Assembly: GCA_028709885.1 (NCBI GenBank)
Contig: JAQUTH010000001.1
Location: 1-51,132 of the forward strand
Origin: Flavobacteriales bacterium
GTDB taxonomy: Bacteria; Bacteroidota; Bacteroidia; Flavobacteriales; UBA1820
Direction: 5' to 3'
DNA length: 51,132 nt
Part shown: piece after piece, positions 1-9,551 of the stretch
Position numbering within the stretch: the first letter of the stretch is position 1
Layout: every line of letters begins with the position of its first letter
Made by a program: the position numbers and the translations under genes
Notes under the pieces: generated by a model
What the model was told of the DNA's origin: nothing
What the model saw: only the letters and a program-made list of their open reading frames with translations
Databases searched by the model: none

Positions 1-486
1 GTTACGCGTACAGATATGTTCGCTTGTGCAGAAGCAGGAGCTCCTGTTTCTAACATGACATCTGCATACGACGGCATCCGTTGGGAAAGCGGTAACAGCC
101 GAAGCGTGCAGTATGAAAGCGGACAGAGCCGTATAGGTGGTACTCTTTGGGAACGCCCTATGCAATATGTGGAAAATTCGCCTCTTTTCTATGCTCCACG
201 AGTAAATACCCCTATCATGATAATGCACAACGATGCTGACGGTGCTGTGCCATGGTATCAGGGAATAGAGTATTTTGTGGCGCTTCGTCGTTTGGGCAAG
301 ACAGCTTGGCTTATAAATTACAATGGCGATAGTCATAATCTACGCCCTACTTCATGGGGAAACAGAATGGATTTGACCCGCCGTATGGAACAGTTCTTTG
401 GGTATTACCTCAAAGGCGAGCCTATGCCACAGTGGATGAAAGACGGTATTCCAGCTACTGAAAAAGGAAAAACATTCGGTTTTTAA
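1..486 (+). CDS. S9 family (prolyl oligopeptidase / dipeptidyl-peptidase type) serine peptidase, C-terminal fragment; the 5' end lies outside the window
   Basis: Frame 1 is open from base 1; the listed ORF 16..486 only marks the first in-frame ATG. The C-terminal alpha/beta-hydrolase region carries the triad Asp and His contexts IMHNDADGAVP and YNGDSHNL. Confidence 0.75.
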   Translation, partial: VTRTDMFACAEAGAPVSNMTSAYDGIRWESGNSRSVQYESGQSRIGGTLWERPMQYVENSPLFYAPRVNTPIMIMHNDADGAVPWYQGIEYFVALRRLGKTAWLINYNGDSHNLRPTSWGNRMDLTRRMEQFFGYYLKGEPMPQWMKDGIPATEKGKTFGF

Positions 487-495
487 TATCGGAAA

Positions 496-531
496 TAAAA
501 AAAGGCGGACACGAAGTGTCCGCCTTTTTTT
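496..531. terminator. Bidirectional rho-independent terminator between convergent genes
   Basis: A-run, GGCGGACAC, loop GAA, GTGTCCGCC, T-run. Perfect 9-bp GC-rich stem flanked by A and T tracts. Confidence 0.8.
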
Positions 532-548
532 GGTTTAAAAGTTTTTTA

Positions 549-1244
549 TTAATGGTGTGAATGTCCGCAAGAACAACCGCCATGTCCGTCATCTTTATGC
601 TGAGTGTTGGACTGTTTTTTTGTAGCGTAGTACATCAAAGCGTCGGCATAGAGACTTTCTACCATGTTCCAGTTTATGATATTGAAGAAATTGGAAACAT
701 AGTCTGCACGTTTGTTTTGATAACCAAGGTAATATGCGTGCTCCCAAACGTCTATCAAAAGGATAGGGTAACCTTTGCAAGTGCCGTCTATGTGCATCAT
801 AGGGTTGTCTTGATTGGCAGTGGAGCATATAGCGAGTTTTCCGTCAGCTTCTACCACCAGCCAAGCCCATCCGCTGCCGAAGCGTCCCATGGCTGCTGCT
901 GCAAATTTTTCTTTAAAGGCTTCAAAAGAACCAAAGGAGTCATTTATGGCATCCGCTAACATTCCCATTGGTTTAGGTGCAACACCTTTCGGACCTATTA
1001 CCTGCCAGTAAAGGTTGTGATTGACATATCCACCAGCGTTGTTGCGCACAGATGCAGGGTATTGGTCTATCACTTCAAATATTTCTTCTACTGTCTTGCC
1101 TTGTAGTGGCGTGTCTTTTATGGCAGCGTTGAAATTTGCAGTGTATGCGGCGTGATGTTTGTCATGGTGTATTTCTACGGTGCGGGCGTCTATGTACGGT
1201 TCTAATGCATCATAGGTGTAGGGCAGGGGTGGTAATTCAAACAT
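549..1244 (-). CDS. sod: Fe/Mn superoxide dismutase with an extra ~25-aa His/Cys-rich C-terminal tail
   Basis: 231-aa ORF with the canonical Fe/Mn-SOD core: LPYTYDALEPYID, HHDKHH, FGSGWAWL, DVWEHAYY. It ends ...QHKDDGHGGCSCGHSHH. Confidence 0.95.
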   Translation of the reverse strand: MFELPPLPYTYDALEPYIDARTVEIHHDKHHAAYTANFNAAIKDTPLQGKTVEEIFEVIDQYPASVRNNAGGYVNHNLYWQVIGPKGVAPKPMGMLADAINDSFGSFEAFKEKFAAAAMGRFGSGWAWLVVEADGKLAICSTANQDNPMMHIDGTCKGYPILLIDVWEHAYYLGYQNKRADYVSNFFNIINWNMVESLYADALMYYATKKQSNTQHKDDGHGGCSCGHSHH

Positions 1245-1313
1245 TTTTGTGTGGTTTTAAGGTTATTAGTGCCGATAAATATACGCTTTTTTTCGTTATG
1301 CTATTCATAGACA

Positions 1314-1345
1314 TAAAAAAAGGAGGATTTTATCCTCCTTTTTCT
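1314..1345 (-). terminator. Rho-independent terminator downstream of parC
   Basis: AAAAAA-AGGAGGAT-TTT-ATCCTCCT-TTTTC hairpin lying 15 nt past the parC stop on the minus strand. Confidence 0.65.
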
Positions 1346-1359
1346 TTTTATTTGTGATG

Positions 1360-4050
1360 TTAGAACAAAGACACTTGCCCGTCATCATTTACTGAGCCTT
1401 CTATTTGTTCTTCTGAGGACTCTTCTTGCTGAGTGTCAGGTTCTTTTGAAAACTCATCTTCGTCTTCTTGTGATGTCTGAGGTTCATCTTGCTCATTTTC
1501 AGAGAAATCTTCATCAACATCTTCTTCTATTTCCTCTTCCTCCTCTTCTGGTTCATCGTAAGGCAGGCTTGCTAATGCTTTTATATCCTTTATCTTATCG
1601 GCAGAGAGTTGGTTGCCTTGTGCTTTTATGCCTTTGACGGTGATAAATTCAGCTATGTTAATGTCTTCATCTTCACGCGGAGCAACTCCTTTTTCTTTGG
1701 CATAGCTAACGTGTATCATAGGCAGATGGTCTACTGATACGAATGCCATAAATGAACCTTTACTCTGCGAGATGAACATTTCTGGACGCTGTGTTTTTTC
1801 TGGTGAAAAGCGTTTGACAAAGTATTTTTTCTTTTCACCGTCATAGTACACGGCAGAAACAGTCATATTCTTTTTCCATTTGACTATCACAGGAGAATCC
1901 ATTTCAAAGTGGCGTTCAAAGTCATAAGAAAGGATGCGTATTTCGCCCGAAGTGGTTATTTCCATTATCTTGTCATCTCCGTGGAAATTGCCAAGAGAAC
2001 GTCCGCGCCCTTCGTCGTTAAGGCGCATGATAGTTTCGTCAAGCCATATTTCGCGGGCAGATAGTGTGGAAACGCCTTTTTCTGCCAGTTCAACCTTTCT
2101 TACTGGGTATTTGGTTACAAGGTTGCCTTTTACCAACTGTCCTTTTACAGCCAATGTAGCAAAGTCTATCTCTATTTTCAGTTTGCGAAGTTTGGCTTGT
2201 GAACGCAAAAAGACATTTACTTTCTCTGCCTCGCCGTTAGGGTTTACCGTAAGATACAGCAGTTCAGAGCCTTTCTTGCCGTGTTCGTAAGCACGGTCTC
2301 TGGTAACGGCTGTTACGGCAAAACGTTTCATGAACGACCAGCCAGATGCTCCGTCTTTGTATATGAGGTTGTAAATGGTGCGTTTGTCTTTCTTTTTCCA
2401 TACTCCGGCATAGACTATGTCCTTGCCAACGAAGCTTTTTTGTGTTATTTTCTGGACTATGAAAGAGCCGTTTTTTCTGAAAACAATGATGTCATCAAGG
2501 TCTGAACAGTCGCACACGTATTCGCCTTCGCCTTTTTTGAGGTTGTAGCCTATAAAACCGTTGGCTTTATCTACAAAAAGTTTGGTGTTTTGTATGGCTA
2601 CTTTGGCGGCTTCTATGTTGTCAAAGGCGCGTAGTTCGGTTTTTCGTTCACGTCCTTTGCCGTATTTTTTCTTTAAGTTTTGGAAATACTCTATTGTGGT
2701 GCGCACCATGTGAGATAGTTGGTCTTTTATAACAGCCATTTGTTCTTCCAAATCCGCTATCAGACGGTCTGCTTTTTCGGCATCGTGGCGGGTGATACGG
2801 CGCATTTTTATCTCCATGAGGTGTTCCAAATCATCATTGGTGATAGGTGAGATGAGCTTTTCCTCAAATGGTTTTAATTTTTCTGCTGTTATGTCAATGG
2901 CCTGTTCGTATGATAGTCCGTCAAAGAGTTTATAGATGCGCTGTTCTATGAATATTTTTTCCAAAGATGTTATGTGCCATTGGCTTTGCAGTTCGTCCAG
3001 TTTTACCTGCAATTCTTGACGGAGCATTTCCTTGGTTCTCTCTGTGGAGTATTCTAATATTTCGGATACTCCCAAAAAGGCTGGTTTGCTGTCTTTTATC
3101 ACGCAGCAGATAGGCGAAAGTGATACTTCGCAGTCTGTGAATGCGTACAGAGCGTCAATGGTTTTATCTGGTGAAATGCCTTGCGATAGGTGTATGACTA
3201 TTTCTACTTTTTGAGCGGTGTTATCATCTATGCTCTTTATCTTTATCTTGCCTTTGTCATTGGCTTTGAGGATAGATTCTTTGAGACTTTCAGATGTTGT
3301 GCTGTATGGTATTTCGTCTATTATGAGCGTACTTTTGTCAGATACGCGTATTTTGGCACGCACGCGCACACGTCCGCCGCGTTTTCCGTCTTCGTATGAA
3401 GATACGTCAGCCACACCTCCCTGAGGAAAGTCTGGGTATAGTTCATAAGGACGCTCTTCCAGAATTGCAATGGATGAATCTATCAGTTCTATAAAGTTGT
3501 GAGGCAGTATCTTAGTGGAAAGACCAACGGCTATACCGTCTACTCCCTGAGCTAAAAGCAACGGGAATTTCATAGGAAAAAATATAGGCTCTTGGTTACG
3601 TCCGTCGTAGGATGTCTGCCATTTGGTTATCTTTGGGTTAAAAACGGTGTCAAGAGCAAATTTTGACAGACGAGCTTCTATGTAACGTCCTGCTGCGGCT
3701 CCGTCTCCGGTGAGAATGTTACCCCAGTTACCTTGCATATCTATGAGCAATTCCTTTTGCCCCAACTGTGTAAGTGCATCTTTGATAGAGGCATCGCCGT
3801 GAGGGTGATACTTCATGGTGTTACCCACTATGTTGGCTACTTTGTTGTAACGTCCGTCTTCAAGTTCACGCATGGAGTGTATCACACGGCGTTGTACAGG
3901 TTTGAAACCGTCGTTTATGTCAGGTACGGCGCGCTCCAAGATGACGTATGATGCGTAGTCCAAAAACCAGTTTTCAAACATGCTGTCCACACGCAACAGT
4001 CGGTCTTGGTGAGGGGTGGGAGAAGGTGTATTGTTATTTTGTTCGTCCAT
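1360..4050 (-). CDS. parC: DNA topoisomerase IV subunit A (Bacteroidota-type ParC)
   Basis: 896-aa ORF with type IIA breakage-reunion motifs GFKPVQRRV, HPHGD and the active-site Tyr context AAGRYIEARL. It sits directly downstream of parE on the same strand and has a 65-aa acidic C-terminal tail. Confidence 0.9.
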   Translation of the reverse strand: MDEQNNNTPSPTPHQDRLLRVDSMFENWFLDYASYVILERAVPDINDGFKPVQRRVIHSMRELEDGRYNKVANIVGNTMKYHPHGDASIKDALTQLGQKELLIDMQGNWGNILTGDGAAAGRYIEARLSKFALDTVFNPKITKWQTSYDGRNQEPIFFPMKFPLLLAQGVDGIAVGLSTKILPHNFIELIDSSIAILEERPYELYPDFPQGGVADVSSYEDGKRGGRVRVRAKIRVSDKSTLIIDEIPYSTTSESLKESILKANDKGKIKIKSIDDNTAQKVEIVIHLSQGISPDKTIDALYAFTDCEVSLSPICCVIKDSKPAFLGVSEILEYSTERTKEMLRQELQVKLDELQSQWHITSLEKIFIEQRIYKLFDGLSYEQAIDITAEKLKPFEEKLISPITNDDLEHLMEIKMRRITRHDAEKADRLIADLEEQMAVIKDQLSHMVRTTIEYFQNLKKKYGKGRERKTELRAFDNIEAAKVAIQNTKLFVDKANGFIGYNLKKGEGEYVCDCSDLDDIIVFRKNGSFIVQKITQKSFVGKDIVYAGVWKKKDKRTIYNLIYKDGASGWSFMKRFAVTAVTRDRAYEHGKKGSELLYLTVNPNGEAEKVNVFLRSQAKLRKLKIEIDFATLAVKGQLVKGNLVTKYPVRKVELAEKGVSTLSAREIWLDETIMRLNDEGRGRSLGNFHGDDKIMEITTSGEIRILSYDFERHFEMDSPVIVKWKKNMTVSAVYYDGEKKKYFVKRFSPEKTQRPEMFISQSKGSFMAFVSVDHLPMIHVSYAKEKGVAPREDEDINIAEFITVKGIKAQGNQLSADKIKDIKALASLPYDEPEEEEEEIEEDVDEDFSENEQDEPQTSQEDEDEFSKEPDTQQEESSEEQIEGSVNDDGQVSLF

Positions 4051-4091
4051 TGTATCTATTGGTGGCTTTTAAGAAAAAGCAATTTTATAGT

Positions 4092-5963
4092 TTAGTATAG
4101 TTCGTCCAGTGAAATACCGTCTTGTTCTATACGCAAATTATTGACAATAAAGTCTTTTCGCTCGGGAGTGTTGGCACCAGCGTAAAATTCCAAAAGTTTA
4201 GGTATGGTGGATTCTTTGTCTATCATCACAGGGTCAAGACGAATATCACGCCCTATGAAAGCGGAAAATTCATCGGAAGAAATCTCTCCAAGACCTTTGA
4301 ATCGGGTTATCTCAGGAGTACCTTTTAGTTTTTTTACGGCAGCATCTTTTTCATCTTCGCTATAACAATAATAAGTATCTTTCTTGTTTCTCACGCGGAA
4401 AAGAGGTGTTTGCAATATATAAAGGTGTCCCTCGCGAATGACCTCAGGAAAAAATTGCAAAAAGAAAGTGAGCAACAGCAAACGAATGTGCATACCGTCC
4501 ACATCGGCATCGGTAGCTACTATGATGTTGTTGTAACGTAGGTTTTCGGTGCCTTCTTCTATGTCAAGAGCAGATTGGAGGAGATTGAATTCTTCGTTTT
4601 CATACACTATTCGTTTGCTCATACCGTAGCTGTTAAGAGGCTTACCACGAAGAGAAAAAACGGCCTGAGTGTTGGCATCGCGCGCTTTGGTGATAGAACC
4701 GCTGGCAGAGTCTCCCTCTGTGATGAAAATGGAGGATTCCAAACGGCGCTCATTTTTCATGTCGGTGCGGTGTACACGGCAATCGCGCAGTTTGCGGTTA
4801 TTAAGACTGGTGCGTTTTATGCGTTCTTTGGCAGATTTTCTTATGCCAGATAATTCTTTGCGTTCTGTTTCGGCAGCTTGGATTTTTTTGAGCATCTCAG
4901 CTGCTGTATTAGGATTTTTGTGCAAATAGTTGTCTAACTGATGTGAAATAAAATCTACTATGTATGTGCGAATGGAAGGTTTATTACCACCCATATCCGA
5001 AGAGGTAAGACGCGTTTTGGTCTGGTCTCCAAAGGCAGGCTCCATAACTTTTATGCTCACGGCAGCAACTATTGATTTGCGCACGTCAGCAGGGTCAAAG
5101 GATTTATTCCAAAAATCACGAGCAACTTTTACCACCGCTTCGCGAAATGCTGCAAGGTGAGTACCTCCAAGTGGGGTGTACTGTCCGTTCACAAAAGAAT
5201 AAACGTCCTCACTATAATGTGAAGTAGAGTGTGTCATTGCTATTTCTATGTCCTCCCCTTTGAGGTGGATGATAGGGTAAACAATGTCAGTGTCTATCTT
5301 GTTTTCTATGAGGTCTTTAAGTCCGTTTTCACTCTTAAAAGCAGTGCCGTTGCACCAAATGGTGAGCCCTGGGTTCAGGTAAGAGTAGTTGCGAAGCATA
5401 TTTTCCACGTATTCCATTCGGTAGCGGAAAGGAGGAAAAACGTCTGTGTCGGCATGGAAAGTGATGCAAGTACCGTTTTTTTCGGTAGTGGGTATTATGT
5501 CATCTTCCTGTACTAATTCGCCACTTTTGAAAACAGCGCGTTTGCACATTTTATCTCGGTAACTCATCACCTCAAAGTCCGAAGAAAGGAAATTGACAGC
5601 CTTGGTACCCACGCCGTTAAGACCTACCGCTTTTTTAAAAGCCTCGGTATTATATTTACCACCTGTATTCATGACAGAAACGCACGCCACAGCCTTTTCC
5701 AGAGGTATGCCACGTCCGTAGTCCCTCACTTTGACCGTCCCGTCCTCGGAAATGTTTATCTCTATTTTTGACCCGACACCTTGGACAAATTCGTCTATGG
5801 AGTTATCTACCACCTCTTTTAGCAAGATGTAAATACCGTCATCCGAAGAAGAACCGTCGCCAAGTTTTCCTATGTACATTCCCGGGCGCAAACGCACGTG
5901 TTCACGTGGGGAAAGTGTCTTTATGCTGTCTTCTGTGTAGTTGTTTTGTGTTATTTCTGACAT
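4092..5963 (-). CDS. parE: DNA topoisomerase IV subunit B
   Basis: 623-aa ORF with GHKL ATPase motifs ([17 protein letters not shown]) and Toprim motifs ([20 protein letters not shown]). It is 41 nt upstream of parC. Confidence 0.9.
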   Translation of the reverse strand: MSEITQNNYTEDSIKTLSPREHVRLRPGMYIGKLGDGSSSDDGIYILLKEVVDNSIDEFVQGVGSKIEINISEDGTVKVRDYGRGIPLEKAVACVSVMNTGGKYNTEAFKKAVGLNGVGTKAVNFLSSDFEVMSYRDKMCKRAVFKSGELVQEDDIIPTTEKNGTCITFHADTDVFPPFRYRMEYVENMLRNYSYLNPGLTIWCNGTAFKSENGLKDLIENKIDTDIVYPIIHLKGEDIEIAMTHSTSHYSEDVYSFVNGQYTPLGGTHLAAFREAVVKVARDFWNKSFDPADVRKSIVAAVSIKVMEPAFGDQTKTRLTSSDMGGNKPSIRTYIVDFISHQLDNYLHKNPNTAAEMLKKIQAAETERKELSGIRKSAKERIKRTSLNNRKLRDCRVHRTDMKNERRLESSIFITEGDSASGSITKARDANTQAVFSLRGKPLNSYGMSKRIVYENEEFNLLQSALDIEEGTENLRYNNIIVATDADVDGMHIRLLLLTFFLQFFPEVIREGHLYILQTPLFRVRNKKDTYYCYSEDEKDAAVKKLKGTPEITRFKGLGEISSDEFSAFIGRDIRLDPVMIDKESTIPKLLEFYAGANTPERKDFIVNNLRIEQDGISLDELY

Positions 5964-6015
5964 AAGTGTTTATACGTGGTATAGCTTGTTTTTTATATTA
6001 AAAAAACGGTAAGTG

Positions 6016-6023
6016 CAAATGTA
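6016..6023 (-). promoter_or_regulatory. Putative Bacteroidota -7 promoter box (TACATTTG) for parE-parC
   Basis: Exact TAnnTTTG match on the minus strand, 53 nt upstream of the parE ATG. Confidence 0.45.
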
Positions 6024-6112
6024 ATGATTTTACAGGGCAAATATAAACGGTGTTGATAAATTTTTCTTTGAAAAAAAATCATCATTTTGTTTTGTATTAT
6101 AACTATTGATTA

Positions 6113-6120
6113 TATCTTTG
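6113..6120 (+). promoter_or_regulatory. Putative -7 promoter box (TATCTTTG) for the acyl-CoA synthetase gene
   Basis: Exact TAnnTTTG match 78 nt upstream of the ATG at 6198, in an AT-rich divergent intergenic region. Confidence 0.4.
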
Positions 6121-6197
6121 TTATGAAGAATAAACTTTATTGTACCGTATTATTTATGCGGTATATCTGTTACTACTAAAACATGTAAGTTAAAATT

Positions 6198-7985
6198 ATG
6201 GATGATGTTTCTACGATAAAAAGGATATTTGACGTACCTGAATATCAGAAGAATAAGTATGATTTGGATGTTGCATTGGCACATAGAGTAAAAGGGACGT
6301 GGGAAAAAATATCTTCTACCCAATATATAGATAATATAAATAAAGTAGCACGCTCATTAATAGGATATGGTATAAAAAAAGGAGACAAGATAGGTCTTAT
6401 ATCCTCAAATAGAATGGAGTGGTGTATCTTAGACCAAGCCATTATGAAGGTTGGAGGTATAACGGTTCCTGTATATCCTACCATTTCACATGATGATTAC
6501 AAATATATTTTTAACCATTCCGAGATACGTCTTTGTTTTGTAGGAGATAAAAATATATATTCCAAGGTGGAAAAAGTAAAAACAGAAACGCCATATTTGG
6601 AAGCTATATATTCTTTTGACCAGGATGGAAAAATGCCATATTTGGAAGATTTTATTCAAAAATATGACTCTTTGACCCTGCAAAAAGATGTGGATTCTAT
6701 GGCTGAATCTATAAAAGAAGATGATATAGCCACCTTATTATACACATCTGGAACAACAGGCACACCAAAAGGAGTCGTTTTGACTCATAAAAATATATTA
6801 TCCAATGCGTTAGCATCAGCACCACGAGTTTTGGAGATAGAACACACCACAGCCCTCAGCTTTTTGCCTCTATGTCATATATATGAGAGAACTGTAAATC
6901 TGTGTTACCAAGTGTTGGGTTGTGGAGTTTATTTTGCAAAAAGTACAGAAACCATATCCCAAGATGCACAAGATGCCCATCCGCATATAATGATGGTAGT
7001 GCCACGTGTCATGGAACGCGTGTATGCTAAGATAATGGCAAAAGGAGAGGCGCTTAAAGGCATTAAAAAACTTATTTTCTTTTGGGCTGTAAGAGAAGGA
7101 AAACGTTTTGAACCATATCATAATAACTGGTTTTACCGCATACGTTTGGCTTTGGCACGCAAACTGGTGTTCAACAAATGGAAAGAAGCACTCGGAGGAA
7201 AATTAGAGATAATAATAAGTGGCTCATCATGTCTTGACCCACGTCTATCACGTCTTTTCTGTGCCACAGGAATGATACTGAACGAAGGATACGGGCTGAC
7301 AGAAACATCACCAATAGTATCTACTAACGTGTATCCAAATGGTGGGCTTCGCATAGGCTCAATAGGACGACCTCTGGAAAATCTTGATGTCAAAATAGCA
7401 GATGACGGAGAAATATTGGTAAAAGGTCCAAGCGTTATGAATGGTTACTACAAAGACCCTGAACGCACCGCAGAGGTTATAGATAAAAATGGATATTTCC
7501 ACACAGGAGATATAGGACACATAACGGATGGCTTTTTATACATCACAGACCGCAAAAAAGAAATGTTCAAGACATCTGGCGGTAAATACATCACCCCACA
7601 ACCTATGGAAAATCGTTTGGGTCAGTCCCGTTTTATAGAGCAGGCAATGGTGGTAGGAAACGGAAAACAGCACCCGGGAGTTATCATAGAACCAGACATG
7701 ACAGAGCTCAAAGCGTGGTGTATGCTTAAAGGTATAGACACATCAGATGTGAAAACTATGTTGGAAAACACTCAGGTACAATCTCTATATAAAAAAGAGA
7801 TAAACGAAGTAAATAAAAACCTTGGCGGATGGGAAAAGATAAAACGTTTCCGTCTGGTGCCAGATACATGGACAGTGGAAGGCGGTGATATAACCCCTAC
7901 ACTGAAACTAAAAAGACGTCGTCTTATGGAACGCTATGCCAATCTTATAGCGCAAATGTACAGCGATGAGGATAACAATCTTTAA
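6198..7985 (+). CDS. Long-chain fatty acid-CoA ligase (AMP-dependent synthetase/ligase family)
   Basis: 595-aa ORF with adenylate-forming motifs LLYTSGTTGTPKGV, GYGLTETS and TGDIG...DRKKE. Confidence 0.9.
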   Translation: MDDVSTIKRIFDVPEYQKNKYDLDVALAHRVKGTWEKISSTQYIDNINKVARSLIGYGIKKGDKIGLISSNRMEWCILDQAIMKVGGITVPVYPTISHDDYKYIFNHSEIRLCFVGDKNIYSKVEKVKTETPYLEAIYSFDQDGKMPYLEDFIQKYDSLTLQKDVDSMAESIKEDDIATLLYTSGTTGTPKGVVLTHKNILSNALASAPRVLEIEHTTALSFLPLCHIYERTVNLCYQVLGCGVYFAKSTETISQDAQDAHPHIMMVVPRVMERVYAKIMAKGEALKGIKKLIFFWAVREGKRFEPYHNNWFYRIRLALARKLVFNKWKEALGGKLEIIISGSSCLDPRLSRLFCATGMILNEGYGLTETSPIVSTNVYPNGGLRIGSIGRPLENLDVKIADDGEILVKGPSVMNGYYKDPERTAEVIDKNGYFHTGDIGHITDGFLYITDRKKEMFKTSGGKYITPQPMENRLGQSRFIEQAMVVGNGKQHPGVIIEPDMTELKAWCMLKGIDTSDVKTMLENTQVQSLYKKEINEVNKNLGGWEKIKRFRLVPDTWTVEGGDITPTLKLKRRRLMERYANLIAQMYSDEDNNL

Positions 7986-8015
7986 TGAATTTCCCAAACA
8001 TAAAAATGTAAAAAA

Positions 8016-8900
8016 ATGCTTGATTTTCGCCTTAAAGTGTTTTTTACTGTGGCAACAGAAAATAGTTTTACCAAAGCTGCTAATAAACACCACATAACAC
8101 AGCCAGCTGTGTCTAAACACATACAAGAACTGGAACGCATCTATGGAATCACTCTTTTTGAGAGAAAAGGAAGCACTGTCGTTTTGACAGAAGCCGGAAA
8201 AATACTTTATGAACAAGCTAAAAATATAGACTCCATATACCGCGAGATAGACTATCGCATATCATCACTGAAAGAAGAACACAAAGGAGAATTACGTCTG
8301 GGAGCGTCTACATCCATAGCTCAGTACGTCTTACCTCAGGTAATAGCTCAGTTTTACAACTATTACCCCTCTATTCGTCTGAGTCTTATCAGTGGCAATA
8401 CCGAACAGATAGAAGAAGCACTTTTGGAAAAAAGAGTGGACTTGGGTTTTGTGGAAGGACTACCATCCAATCATTTACTGCACTATGCAGAGTATATGGA
8501 TGACGAACTTGCGCCAATAACACGTCGAGGAGGGCTTTATTCTTTGAAAAAATACTCGTTGGAAGACATAAAAGAGCTCCCGTTGGTAATGCGAGAGGAT
8601 GGTTCAGGAACGCTGGACATAATAAAACAAAAACTCTTTTCCGAAGGACATATCAGTAGCGATAGCGACCTCAATATCATTCTAAAACTCGGTAGTACCG
8701 AAAGTATTAAATCTTTCGTCCGTCAGACTGACTGCGTAGCGTTCATTTCCAAACAGGCTCTCAAACGTGAGAGTGAGCTTACAGACATTGAGATTTTAAA
8801 TATTAAGGGTTTGGAGCTAAAACGTAAGTTTTATCAGGTGTCTTTAAGGGGTGAACTATCTGGGAATGCGGCACTTTTTTTAAAGACTATAAGAGTTTAA
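8016..8900 (+). CDS. LysR family transcriptional regulator
   Basis: 294-aa ORF with an N-terminal winged HTH (FTKAANKHHITQPAVSKHIQELE) followed by a LysR substrate-binding domain of the usual length. Confidence 0.9.
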   Translation: MLDFRLKVFFTVATENSFTKAANKHHITQPAVSKHIQELERIYGITLFERKGSTVVLTEAGKILYEQAKNIDSIYREIDYRISSLKEEHKGELRLGASTSIAQYVLPQVIAQFYNYYPSIRLSLISGNTEQIEEALLEKRVDLGFVEGLPSNHLLHYAEYMDDELAPITRRGGLYSLKKYSLEDIKELPLVMREDGSGTLDIIKQKLFSEGHISSDSDLNIILKLGSTESIKSFVRQTDCVAFISKQALKRESELTDIEILNIKGLELKRKFYQVSLRGELSGNAALFLKTIRV

Positions 8901-8913
8901 AATGTTAAAGTTT

Positions 8914-8952
8914 CGCAAAATGCGCGCCCATTGGCGCGCATTTTGCGTTTTT
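8914..8952. terminator. Bidirectional terminator between the LysR gene and the HTH gene
   Basis: 15-bp perfect stem CGCAAAATGCGCGCC / GGCGCGCATTTTGCG with loop CATT, followed by a T-rich tract. Confidence 0.8.
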
Positions 8953-8957
8953 GATAA

Positions 8958-9287
8958 TTATTTTTGAAGCATTTTTAGTTTTTCTTCTAATAGAGAAATA
9001 TGCTTTGATTGTAGGGAAATGATTTCATCTTTTGCTTTAATTAGTTCGTCTTTTAAGATATTGTCAAAAGAAATTGATTTTTTATCTATTATCATTTCTC
9101 CCTCATCCATTATTAGCCAGTTGATATTGAGTTCAGGAAAAGTATTGATAATTATCTTTACTTTATCTGCCCCCATGCTCGTTCCGCTATCCAGAAAACC
9201 AACAGAAAAGCCAGTTAAAGTATAGAATTTATTCTTTGAAACTCCCTTGTAATCAAGGAATTGCTTAATTTTTTCCTTTTCCCCCAT
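8958..9287 (-). CDS. Small phage-repressor-like HTH protein (BetR / CI-like N-terminal domain) with a C-terminal coiled coil
   Basis: 109-aa ORF. IKQFLDYKGVSKNKFYTLTG...FPELNINWLIMDEGEM resembles the ...NxxWLLTGEGxM ending of this HTH class. The C-terminus is heptad-like (KDELIKAKDEIISLQSKHISLLEEKLKMLQK). Low GC. Confidence 0.6.
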   Translation of the reverse strand: MGEKEKIKQFLDYKGVSKNKFYTLTGFSVGFLDSGTSMGADKVKIIINTFPELNINWLIMDEGEMIIDKKSISFDNILKDELIKAKDEIISLQSKHISLLEEKLKMLQK

Positions 9288-9551
9288 AAAAAAATGATAA
9301 AAATCTTTGTTTTGTTGATTATTATCTGTAATATTGCATTGTTAAAAACGTATGACCTATTGCGTGTATATATCATATAAAAGATAAAAACACAAAAAAT
9401 ACTATCAAGACATATAAAAAGTTTATTTTATAGGTTTTGACGTGTAAAATGCTAATAAGTCATAATAAGTAAATATAGAAAAACCAAACAACTAAAAAAG
9501 TTAAAAATTTTATATTTTTTAAATCAGAAACAAACAATTAATTTAATTATC

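Noticed and set aside
1306-1320. 15-nt repeat CATAGACATAAAAAA immediately next to two different minus-strand terminator hairpins (1306..1320 and 12251..12265)
   Set aside because: About one chance 15-mer match is expected in a window this size, more given the AT bias. Half of the repeat is just the A-tract of the terminators. Only a genome-wide count could show whether it is real.
6123-6179. 18-codon upstream ORF (MKNKLYCTVLFMRYICYY) in the leader of the acyl-CoA synthetase gene
   Set aside because: It is too short to evaluate and has no recognisable attenuator structure around it. AT-rich leaders generate such ORFs by chance.
9288-9551. Possible invertible (phase-variable) promoter upstream of the large lipoprotein gene
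   Set aside because: The only flanking inverted repeat I found is a weak 6-nt one (TATGAC / GTCATA). No site-specific recombinase gene is nearby.
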